Source: Caldivirga maquilingensis IC-167
GTDB lineage: Archaea > Thermoproteota > Thermoprotei > Thermoproteales > Thermocladiaceae
Direction: 5' to 3'
DNA: 32,000 nucleotides
NCBI RefSeq assembly: GCF_000018305.1
Contig: NC_009954.1
Location: 510,001 to 542,000, forward strand
In this document: positions 24,149 to 32,000 of the stretch, piece after piece
Position numbering within the stretch: position 1 is the stretch's first letter
Layout: the number at the start of each line of letters is the position of its first letter
Position numbers and translations under genes: made by a program
Notes under the pieces: generated by a model
What the model saw: the letters and a program-made list of their open reading frames with translations, nothing else
Databases searched by the model: none
Told to the model about the DNA's origin: nothing

Positions 24149-26824
24149 ATGGCTAGGAAGTACGTATTAACGTTCGAGGAAGCCAACCCTGATGATGTTA
24201 AGCTCCTTGGCGGTAAGGCAACTAGCCTCGTACTAATGACTAGACTGGGTCTACCTGTGCCGCCGGGCTTTACAATAACCACAGTGGCCTGTAAGGAGTA
24301 TTATAAGAGTGGGGAGAAGCTCCCTGAGGGATTAATGGATGAGGTTATTGAGGGTGTAAGGTATCTTGAGTCTAAGACAGGTAGGAAATTCGGGGGAGGC
24401 GATACACCATTACTTGTTAGCGTTAGGTCAGGTGCCGCGGTATCAATGCCAGGTATGATGGATACTGTGCTTAACGTGGGTCTTAATGATAAGACCCTTC
24501 AAGGCTTCATAAAGTTCATAGGCAGTGAACACGCAGCCTACGACGCCTACAGGAGGTTCCTGGCAATGTTCGGTAGGATAGTTCTAGGAATCCCCGAGGA
24601 GGAGTTTAATAAGCCTCTTGATGAGATAAAGAGGAAGTACGGCGTTAAGGAGGACCCTGAAATACCACTACAGGGCCTTAAGGAGCTTGTTGACTTGTAT
24701 AAGCAGGTTTACATAAGGAGGGTGGGTAAGGTTATTGATGATCCATGGGAGCAGTTAAGGCTATCAATAGACGCTGTGTTTAAGTCCTGGAACTCACCTA
24801 GGGCTAAGTTCTATAGGGAGGCTAATAAGATAACACCCGACATAGCTGACTGCACTGCTGCATCAGTGGTAACCATGGTTTTCGGTAACGCTGATTGGAG
24901 GTCAGCAACAGGTGTGGTGTTCTCAAGGAATCCAGCCACTGGTGAGGATGAGTTATACGGTGAGTACTTACCGTATGCCCAAGGTGAAGATGTGGTTGCC
25001 GGTATTAGGACGCCTAAGCCTATAAGTGAACTTAAGAAGGAAATGCCTGAAGTCTATCAGCAGCTTTACGAGGGTGTTAAGAAGATTGAGAGGTATAAGA
25101 AGGCTGTACAGGATGTTGAATTCACCATTGAGAAGGGTAAGCTTTGGTTCCTCCAAACCAGGAACGCTAAGATGAATCCACTGGCCATGATTAAGGTTAC
25201 TGTGGATATGGTTAAGCAGAATTGGATGACTAAGGAGGAGGCCATAATGACCATTAAGCCACAGCATATTCTACAGGTCCTATACCCGAGGATTGATGAG
25301 GCTAAGGCACCTAAGCCAATTGTTAAGGGTATCGCCGCATCACCCGGAGCAGTTAGTGGTCAAGCAGTCTTTGACCCAGATACGGCTGTTGAGTGGGCTA
25401 AGGCTGGTAAGAGGGTTATATTGGTTAGGGAGGAGACTAAGCCTGATGATGTTCACGGATTCTACGCCTCAGTGGGTATATTAACCAGTAGGGGTGGTGC
25501 CACAAGCCATGCAGCGGTTGTAGCTAGGGCAATAGGTAGGCCAGCTGTAGTGGGTGCTGAGGGCCTTAAGATCGATTACTCCACTAGGACTGCTAAGGCT
25601 GGTGACGTGGTGATTAAGGAGGGTGATTGGTTAACCATAGATGGATTCACTGGTAATGTGTATGTTGGGCAAGTCTCAACCATTGAACCAAAGCTACCGC
25701 CTGAATTCTACGAGCTACTTGACATGGCTGACTCAGTCTCAGTCTTCGGCGTTAAGGCTAATGCCGACACACCTGAGGATGCCACAATAGCCAGGAGGTT
25801 TGGGGCTAAGGGCATAGGCCTACTTAGGACTGAGAGAATGTTTAGAGCCCCAGGTAGGCTTGAGTTATTTAGGAGTGTAATACTGTCCACTAACGCCAAT
25901 GAGAGGAGGGATGCCTTGAATAAGTTAGCTGAATTAATGAGGAGGGACTTTGAGGAGATATTCGAGATAATGGAGGGTTACCCAGTGACGGTGAGGCTCT
26001 TCGACCCACCGCTTCATGAGTTCCTACCCAATGTTGAGGAATTAGTGGCTGAGGTCACTAGAGCTAGGACACTGGGTAGGCCTGACCCCGAGAAGGAGGC
26101 TTTACTGGCTAGGGTTAGGGCTTTAATGGAGGCTAACCCAATGATGGGTCATAGGGGTGTTAGATTAGGCATAACTTTCCCAGACATATACATGGCGCAG
26201 GTTAAGGCTATTCTAGAGGCTGCCCTTGAATTGAAGAAGAGGGGTAAGAATGTTCAGGTTCAGATAATGATACCGCAGGTGTCGGAGTATAAGGAGCTTG
26301 AGTACGTTATAAACAATGTTGTTAAGCCAACCGCCGAGGAGGTGTTTAAGAATTATGGTGACCGCATTGACTTTAAGATAGGTACAATGATGGAGACCGT
26401 TAGGGCCAGTTTAACCGCTGATAAGATAGCCAGTGTTGTTGACTTCATGAGTTTCGGAACCAATGATTTAACACAGGCAGTCTTCAGCTTCAGTAGGGAT
26501 GACGTGGAGAATAAGTTCATGAGCCAGTACCTTAACCTAGGCATACTGCCCTACGACCCATTCGTCACCATTGACCGTGACGGTGTGGCTAAATTAATGA
26601 AGATTGCCGTTGACTTAGCTAGAAGCGTTAAGCCCAATATAGAAATCGGCATATGCGGTGAGCATGGTGGTGACGCCGACTCAATAAGGATACTGGCTGA
26701 GGTGGTTGGTAGGGGATTAGACTACTTCAGTGCATCACCATACAGGGTTCCAGTAGCTAGGCTTGTGACTGCCCAGGAGTCACTTAAGATACTTGGTAGG
26801 GCACCTAAGGTTGCTGAGTACTAA
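24149..26824 (+). CDS. ppdK: Pyruvate, phosphate dikinase
   Basis: 891 aa. It has an N-terminal ATP-grasp domain, the phospho-His motif 'GGATSHAAVVARAIGRP' and a C-terminal PEP/pyruvate domain with 'IGICGEHGGD'. Confidence 0.95.
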   Translation: MARKYVLTFEEANPDDVKLLGGKATSLVLMTRLGLPVPPGFTITTVACKEYYKSGEKLPEGLMDEVIEGVRYLESKTGRKFGGGDTPLLVSVRSGAAVSMPGMMDTVLNVGLNDKTLQGFIKFIGSEHAAYDAYRRFLAMFGRIVLGIPEEEFNKPLDEIKRKYGVKEDPEIPLQGLKELVDLYKQVYIRRVGKVIDDPWEQLRLSIDAVFKSWNSPRAKFYREANKITPDIADCTAASVVTMVFGNADWRSATGVVFSRNPATGEDELYGEYLPYAQGEDVVAGIRTPKPISELKKEMPEVYQQLYEGVKKIERYKKAVQDVEFTIEKGKLWFLQTRNAKMNPLAMIKVTVDMVKQNWMTKEEAIMTIKPQHILQVLYPRIDEAKAPKPIVKGIAASPGAVSGQAVFDPDTAVEWAKAGKRVILVREETKPDDVHGFYASVGILTSRGGATSHAAVVARAIGRPAVVGAEGLKIDYSTRTAKAGDVVIKEGDWLTIDGFTGNVYVGQVSTIEPKLPPEFYELLDMADSVSVFGVKANADTPEDATIARRFGAKGIGLLRTERMFRAPGRLELFRSVILSTNANERRDALNKLAELMRRDFEEIFEIMEGYPVTVRLFDPPLHEFLPNVEELVAEVTRARTLGRPDPEKEALLARVRALMEANPMMGHRGVRLGITFPDIYMAQVKAILEAALELKKRGKNVQVQIMIPQVSEYKELEYVINNVVKPTAEEVFKNYGDRIDFKIGTMMETVRASLTADKIASVVDFMSFGTNDLTQAVFSFSRDDVENKFMSQYLNLGILPYDPFVTIDRDGVAKLMKIAVDLARSVKPNIEIGICGEHGGDADSIRILAEVVGRGLDYFSASPYRVPVARLVTAQESLKILGRAPKVAEY

Positions 26825-26845
26825 CCCGTTAAAGAATTCTTATTC

Positions 26846-27757
26846 TTAAACTTGGTTCTTATTCCCCTCAATGAGCTTAGTTAAGGGATCCTGCAGGAAG
26901 TCGATAATGCCTGCGAAGACTTCACCACCCCTTATTGATGCCGTTATTGCCCTCGCTTCACTCATGTAGCCCATGAATAATCTATAAGCCTCCTTAAGCG
27001 GGTCACTGAAGCCCTCCGCTTTAAGTGCATCAATTACGTTAACGTCAACGCTCCTTAAGCCCTTTGGATTATCCTTATCTAAATTGAGGTAATCTATTAT
27101 GTCGTCCCTTATCTGGTACGCTGCGCCAAGCTTCTCCCCAAGGGACCTAAGTAGATTAATCGTGTTGCTATCGGCGTCAGCCACGTAACCACCCAGCACT
27201 ATTGCGGCTGAGATTAGGGATGCTGTCTTATTCTCAATGATCCTCATGTAAATATTCATATCCACTTTACCGTTCAGTTTATACTCAAGTTCATAGGATT
27301 GCCCTATGGCTAGTCTTAAGGCTGCGCTGGTTAACTCCATTGTTATCCTCCTAGTCTTGGATTTCAACGAGTACTCAATTGCCTTAGCAATCAATAAGTC
27401 ACTGGCTAATATAGTGTACTCGGTTCCATACCTCTTGAAGGGTGTTTCAGAGCCCCTCCTCATTAAGTGCCCATCGATTATATCGTCTTGAAGCAGGGTA
27501 GCTACATGAACCAGCTCCACTGCAATAGCTGGGTTAACGGCATCCATTAGGTTACCGCCCAGGGTGTGTGTTGTTATCAGGGTTAGGAGTGGCCTAATCA
27601 TCTTACCCTTATTATGAATGTAATGCATTGCTGATTCCCTTAAGTTAGGAGGCATGTTGACTCCATTAAGTAGATTACCAAGCTCATTAATGATAAGGCT
27701 CAACACGTCGTTTATTTCCTTAGGTAGCTCAAAAATGAAAGCCATAGTTAACTTCAC
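26846..27757 (-). CDS. trans-Polyprenyl diphosphate synthase
   Basis: 303 aa. The first Asp-rich motif is 'LLQDDIIDG' and the second is 'QIRDDIIDY'. The residue at -5 from the first motif is Ala rather than an aromatic, which hints at a product longer than C20 (inference). Confidence 0.85.
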   Translation of the reverse strand: MKLTMAFIFELPKEINDVLSLIINELGNLLNGVNMPPNLRESAMHYIHNKGKMIRPLLTLITTHTLGGNLMDAVNPAIAVELVHVATLLQDDIIDGHLMRRGSETPFKRYGTEYTILASDLLIAKAIEYSLKSKTRRITMELTSAALRLAIGQSYELEYKLNGKVDMNIYMRIIENKTASLISAAIVLGGYVADADSNTINLLRSLGEKLGAAYQIRDDIIDYLNLDKDNPKGLRSVDVNVIDALKAEGFSDPLKEAYRLFMGYMSEARAITASIRGGEVFAGIIDFLQDPLTKLIEGNKNQV

Positions 27758-27819
27758 TAATCACCGTGGGTTAACCATTTTTATAGTTTTTCCACGAATC
27801 ATTTTAACTAATTTAACCA

Positions 27820-28659
27820 CTAATACACCCTATAGCCTGACCTATAATTCTTAAGCAGATACCTGACGTCATCCCAGGTGTAATCCTTCAGTATTGGTCT
27901 TATTGACCTATAATTATCCACTAGGCCTGGGTCAATTTCAGCAACCACAGTGTCCTCCTCATAGTACTTAGCCTTAGCCACAACCTCCCCCAGGGGATCC
28001 ACTATGAAGCTTCCCCCGAAGAAGCCTAAACCATCGTACTGACCAATGGTGTTTACGTAGATTACGAAGGACACGTTCTCCATGGCCCTAGCCCTAATGA
28101 ATGTCTCAAAGTGAGGCCTTGACATATCCGGGGCCGCACTTATGTATACTTGAACCCTAGCACCCTTAAGCATTAGTGACCTGGATACCTCTGGGTAGAA
28201 GGCGTCGTAACATATTGCTAACCCAGCCTTAGTTCCATTCATTGAGAAGACCGGTGCATCACCCCTACCTACCCCGAAGTACCTTGACTCATCAAATACA
28301 CCGTAACTGGGTAGGTGCCTCTTCCTGTAGAGTGCCATTAAGCCGTTCTCACCAATAGCCACTGCTGAATTATAAACAACCCCAGTGTCCTTATCCCTCT
28401 CAGCAATACCAGTGATTATGGTGCACTTACCCTCCCTAGCTATCTCCGTTAACTCACCTATTGACTTACCATCCAGCGGCTCAGCTATCTGGAGGAGGAG
28501 GTCCCTAGACATGTAGCCTGGGATATATAATTCAGGGGTGATTAAGACGTCGTTACCATCACCCCTGCAGTTGGCTTTAGCGTAATTCCTTAACCTATCT
28601 ATATTATACTCAGGATCACCCAGCCTACTGGCGTACTGAATTAAGTGTACTCTCAGCAT
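27820..28659 (-). CDS. Carbon-nitrogen hydrolase (nitrilase superfamily)
   Basis: 279 aa. The catalytic triad context is E in 'ITPELY', K in 'YRKRHLP' and C in 'LAICYD'. Confidence 0.85.
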   Translation of the reverse strand: MLRVHLIQYASRLGDPEYNIDRLRNYAKANCRGDGNDVLITPELYIPGYMSRDLLLQIAEPLDGKSIGELTEIAREGKCTIITGIAERDKDTGVVYNSAVAIGENGLMALYRKRHLPSYGVFDESRYFGVGRGDAPVFSMNGTKAGLAICYDAFYPEVSRSLMLKGARVQVYISAAPDMSRPHFETFIRARAMENVSFVIYVNTIGQYDGLGFFGGSFIVDPLGEVVAKAKYYEEDTVVAEIDPGLVDNYRSIRPILKDYTWDDVRYLLKNYRSGYRVY

Positions 28660-28706
28660 TGAGGAAGGCTTAATGAGGAAGTTAATAAGTGTTATTCAAT
28701 GGTTGA

Positions 28707-29195
28707 TTAACCTTGGCCACCCTCCCCTCCACCGGCTCCAGTGGGCGTTCTCCTACGTTGAACACCAGCCACCGGCCCAAGCCTACCCGTTGTCCTAGTC
28801 CTCTGCCCCCTAACCTTTAGGCCTAGGTTGTGCCTAATTCCCCTCCAGGATAGTATGCGCCTCTCCCTCTCTATATCATTCCTAGCCGTTAATATTAAGT
28901 CAGCTCCTATTAGGTGTATGTTTCTTCCTGTTTCAGGATCCTTAGGCCTATTAACGAACCAGGCTGGGGCTGCTTGGTGGAGGTTCCTAACCGCCCAATC
29001 TATTTTCCTAATCATCTCCTCATTCAATTCCCCCAACTTAACCAATGGATTAATACCCAGGTTCCTGCATATGGCTACTGCAGTGGATACCCCAATACCC
29101 TTAATCCTAGCTAACGCGTAGGCAACGGCCTTAGAGCCATCTAGGTCAGTATCCCCAATATGCACTATTTGCCTACCTTGACTAGCCTCAGACAT
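28707..29195 (-). CDS. rps13: 30S ribosomal protein uS13
   Basis: 162 aa. It has 'YALARIKGIGVSTAVAICRNLGI' and 'RGIRHNLGLKVRGQRTRTTGR'. There is a Gly-rich C-terminal extension ('PTGAGGGEGGQG'). Confidence 0.95.
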   Translation of the reverse strand: MSEASQGRQIVHIGDTDLDGSKAVAYALARIKGIGVSTAVAICRNLGINPLVKLGELNEEMIRKIDWAVRNLHQAAPAWFVNRPKDPETGRNIHLIGADLILTARNDIERERRILSWRGIRHNLGLKVRGQRTRTTGRLGPVAGVQRRRTPTGAGGGEGGQG

Positions 29196-29216
29196 TAGGG
29201 AGCAGGCTAACCTCCC

Positions 29217-29223
29217 TTTATAT
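29217..29223 (-). promoter_or_regulatory. TATA-box candidate (ATATAAA on minus strand) for rps13
   Basis: The element is centred about 25 nt upstream of the ATG at 29195. It sits in the 39-nt gap after the signal-peptidase stop. Confidence 0.45.
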
Positions 29224-29234
29224 GCATTTTCACT

Positions 29235-29738
29235 TCATTTAACCTTCTTCTCAACCTCATTTAATGCAAGCCAAAGAATAATCATAACCACTATAGCCAG
29301 TATTAACGTGGGGGGCTTCCTAAGAACCAGGGTTATTAAACCCACGTACTGCATGCTTAAGCAAACAACCCCATACACTTGATTAATAGGCGTCTCCCAC
29401 GGGTCAGCAACTTGGTTTGCATCACCCTTAGTAACCACGTAGTAGGTGTTGGCTGATGGATAAACCTCAATGACCCTATGTATTATATACTCACCGTAGT
29501 GATCATAAACAACCACGTGGCCGAGGAGCGCAGTAACATTACTTGGCACTGGGCATAGGACAACCAATGTACCAGACTCCAGGGTGGGTTCCATGCTGAA
29601 GCCACCCACTGTGGCCCAGGGTATCTTAACGATGCCGGCTATGCTCAACACTAGGTAAATTAAGATTACTGTTAAGGCAACGTAACCAGCAATATTTAAT
29701 ACCTTGCTAGAGTCCATACAGGACCCGTGAAGGCGCAT
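29235..29738 (-). CDS. Signal peptidase I, archaeal/SEC11-type (S26B)
   Basis: 167 aa, with an alternative start at Met8 (29717). After an N-terminal TM helix come 'GGFSMEPTL' (nucleophile Ser), 'IIHRVIEV' (general-base His) and 'KGDANQVADP'. Confidence 0.75.
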   Translation of the reverse strand: MRLHGSCMDSSKVLNIAGYVALTVILIYLVLSIAGIVKIPWATVGGFSMEPTLESGTLVVLCPVPSNVTALLGHVVVYDHYGEYIIHRVIEVYPSANTYYVVTKGDANQVADPWETPINQVYGVVCLSMQYVGLITLVLRKPPTLILAIVVMIILWLALNEVEKKVK

Positions 29739-29751
29739 TATTAAGTGTTTT

Positions 29752-30891
29752 TCAAATAATAGCCACCTGCCTCCTAGACTTAACCCTGGTGAAGACCATG
29801 AATACTAGTATTGATACGGCTGTTAGGAAAGCCTCAATTATAAGGGAGTTAGTTAAATTAATGGTCCTCAGTAGTTCAGCGAATACTACACTACTTATTA
29901 GGGCTGATACGAATTTACCATTGTAAAGTATACCGAATAGGAAGGTTGAGTTAACTGTACCGTATTCATCACCCACAAGGGATGCGAATAACGTTATCAC
30001 CGAACCCCCGAAAATACCTGTAATTACTGTTGAGGCCATGTAAGCTATGGGTGAGTGAATAAGCAGAGTGAGCATTGAGACCGTTAAGGCGACACCAGTT
30101 ACGAGAATAGTCTTCCTCCTACTTAACTTATCTGATATTGAACCCATTATTGGCCTACCAATACCACTGAATAGGGGAAGTAGTGACGCCGCAGTGGCAA
30201 CTATAATGTAACCGTAACCCTCACCCAGTATTGAGAGACTGGAGGAGAGTAATTGAAGTGGAATACCCATTAGTGAGAATGATGCGAAGACAAGCCAGAA
30301 GCCTGGGGGTATTTTAGTAAGCCTCATAGCCTTAACCTGGCTTGGAGGGTACTTGGCCGTCGCCATTAAGGGTATGACTACGGCCAGTATTAATGCGCCT
30401 ATAAGCATCATCGGGTACCTGTACTCACCCTTAATAATTAATAGCGATATTAACGGGTTGAAGAATGTCGCCCCAAGTCCAAAGCCCATGTTTATTATAC
30501 CTGTGGCTAAGCCCCTAGTCCTACTAAACCACTTAACCCCCAGGTTTATTGATACACCGTAGATTAAGCCAACGCCAATGCTCCCCATTGACCACAGGGC
30601 GTAGAATTGATTAACCCCATTAACAAGTGGTGAAGCCACCATACCTAAGCCAGCCAATACACCACCGGTTACGCCAACTAATCTAGGCCCTCTCCTATCA
30701 GCAATGTAACCCCCAAGTACCTGTGAAATAGTGGAGAATAGGACGAATAATGAGTAGGCTACTTGAATTGCAGGTAAATCAACGTTGAGACTCCTCATTA
30801 ATGGTGTTATGAGTAGGTTCCAGCTGTATTGGTAGGCTGATATAAGCATCATTGGTAATAGTCCTTGGATTATTATGAACCAGTTCCTCAT
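29752..30891 (-). CDS. MFS transporter
   Basis: 379 aa with about 11-12 TM helices. The MFS loop motif 'GGYIADRRGPR' is present. The substrate is unknown. Confidence 0.8.
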   Translation of the reverse strand: MRNWFIIIQGLLPMMLISAYQYSWNLLITPLMRSLNVDLPAIQVAYSLFVLFSTISQVLGGYIADRRGPRLVGVTGGVLAGLGMVASPLVNGVNQFYALWSMGSIGVGLIYGVSINLGVKWFSRTRGLATGIINMGFGLGATFFNPLISLLIIKGEYRYPMMLIGALILAVVIPLMATAKYPPSQVKAMRLTKIPPGFWLVFASFSLMGIPLQLLSSSLSILGEGYGYIIVATAASLLPLFSGIGRPIMGSISDKLSRRKTILVTGVALTVSMLTLLIHSPIAYMASTVITGIFGGSVITLFASLVGDEYGTVNSTFLFGILYNGKFVSALISSVVFAELLRTINLTNSLIIEAFLTAVSILVFMVFTRVKSRRQVAII

Positions 30892-30926
30892 TGTTAAAAC
30901 CCCAGCCTAACCCTATTAAACAGTAT

Positions 30927-31964
30927 TCACTCAACAGCCGGTATTAGGTGAATCAGGTTGGGTGGTATGGTTAGGGTAAGGGAATCACCCTTACTGGGCT
31001 TTGATTGAGTAATAGCAGTGAAGAGTACTCCATCAGCGTTAATCATTACCCTAAAGCCCACGCTAGTCCTCTCAACCTCAATCACTGTGCCCTTAATCAC
31101 ATTACCCTCATCCCCATTATCCTCCCTAAACCACTCAGGCCTAATGCAGACGTAAACCTTACCCTCGACACTCTCCGTTGAGTATAGGGTGTGATTCCCA
31201 ACACGCACCATTGAGCCTTGAGGAGCCTTAACTGCTGTTGCAGGTATTATATTGCTGAAGCCCACGAATTGAGCTGTGAAGAGCCTACTGGGTCTTGTGA
31301 ATATTACCTCAGGTTCATTCTCCTCAATTAACTGTCCATTATTAAGCACAAGTATCTTATCGGCTAGGGCGTAGGCCTCATTCCTATCATGAGTCACATG
31401 CACAACCACAGTGTTGAACTTACTCGGTATACTTCTTAGGAGTGGTATTAGGCTCTCCCTGGTGCTGACATCCATCATTGACATTGGTTCATCAAGTAGG
31501 AGAACCTTAGGCTTAATTATGAGCGCCCTTGCTAAGGCAACCTTCTGGCTCTCACCACCACTTAATCCCCTAACCCTCCTGTTAAGTAGGTTAAGAATAC
31601 CTAAATCCTCGGCAATCCTACGCACCTCAATAACCCTAATCCTCCTAGGCACACCCCTAACCTTAAGCCCATACTCAATATTCTCGTAAACAGTCATGTG
31701 ATCGAAGAGGGCGTAACCCTGGGGAACGTAGGCTATCCCCCTTAATTCAGGGGGCTTACCTGTAACATCCTCCCCATTAATGATCACTGAACCTGAATTA
31801 GGCCTATAGGCTCCAGCAATCACTTTAATTAAAGTTGATTTACCACTACCCGTCGGTCCCATAATCACATTGTATGTTCCATTATTCATTGATGTTGTTA
31901 TTGGGCCCAGTTTAAAGGAACCAAGCATCAACTCAACGTTAATTAGCTTAAGGGCAACCCCCAC
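30927..31964 (-). CDS. ABC transporter ATP-binding protein with C-terminal TOBE-like domain (CysA/ModC/WtpC-like)
   Basis: 345 aa with a GTG start preceded by GGAGGGGTGA. It has Walker A 'GPTGSGKST', signature 'LSGGESQ', Walker B 'LLLDEP' and H-loop 'VTHD'. The C-terminal ~100 aa form a beta-rich regulatory domain. Confidence 0.9.
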   Translation of the reverse strand: MGVALKLINVELMLGSFKLGPITTSMNNGTYNVIMGPTGSGKSTLIKVIAGAYRPNSGSVIINGEDVTGKPPELRGIAYVPQGYALFDHMTVYENIEYGLKVRGVPRRIRVIEVRRIAEDLGILNLLNRRVRGLSGGESQKVALARALIIKPKVLLLDEPMSMMDVSTRESLIPLLRSIPSKFNTVVVHVTHDRNEAYALADKILVLNNGQLIEENEPEVIFTRPSRLFTAQFVGFSNIIPATAVKAPQGSMVRVGNHTLYSTESVEGKVYVCIRPEWFREDNGDEGNVIKGTVIEVERTSVGFRVMINADGVLFTAITQSKPSKGDSLTLTIPPNLIHLIPAVE

Positions 31965-32000
31965 TTAATCACCCCTCCTTATGTTTAAAATAACCCTGTA
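31965..32000 (-). CDS. 3' end of upstream gene (partial), possibly the cognate ABC permease
   Basis: The minus-strand frame reads ...YRVILNIRRGD*, with TAA at 31967-31965 abutting the ATPase GTG at 31964. Only 11 codons are visible, so identity rests on context alone. Confidence 0.3.
   Translation of the reverse strand, partial: YRVILNIRRGD

Noticed and set aside
1-32000. Whole-window scan for CRISPR arrays, IS elements, integrases, long direct or inverted repeats, and defence or toxin-antitoxin modules
   Set aside because: No regularly spaced repeats, transposase or integrase motifs, or recognisable defence gene combinations were seen by eye. The NTase-like ORF (17596-18195) has no HEPN or other partner adjacent to it. 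An exhaustive repeat search was not possible without tools.

Overview
The window looks like a gene-dense stretch of a crenarchaeal chromosome, probably Thermoproteales. The evidence is an archaeal full-length ThrRS with an N-terminal DTD-like editing domain, AGG/TTA/ATA-rich codon usage, TATA boxes about 26 nt upstream of start codons (leaderless first genes), and GGTGA-type Shine-Dalgarno sites before operon-internal genes. The taxon is inferred, not proven.

I support about 40 protein genes, almost all housekeeping or metabolic:
- a cupin and two aldo/keto reductases
- AIM24, and a ZPR1/TatD/translin run
- a fixC-fixX-etfB-etfA operon
- TenA, a KaiC-like ATPase, PRPP synthetase, ThrRS, a VKOR homolog and a RIO kinase
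- pyruvate phosphate dikinase, a polyprenyl synthase and a CN hydrolase
- ribosomal protein uS13, signal peptidase, an MFS transporter and an ABC ATPase

There is one tRNA-Ala(GGC). I hand-called two previously unlisted C/D-box sRNA candidates that flank it on the opposite strand.

I found no transposase, integrase, CRISPR array, cas gene or recognisable defence island, so this is an ordinary core region rather than an accessory island.

The items most worth a second look:
- the sRNA / tRNA / sRNA islet at 11.95-12.40 kb
- a tightly coupled DsrE-like / TusA / SQR-like flavoprotein / DUF1641 operon at 12.5-15.0 kb
- strong intragenic composition switches in two small plus-strand genes, from extreme G+T with G-quadruplex-type tracts to A-ending codons. 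The A-rich parts appear to place the pyrimidine-rich termination zones of convergent genes inside coding sequence.
- the co-directional ZPR1 / TatD / translin gene run

All protein names come from motif recognition by eye. No database search, HMM or RNA folding was run.
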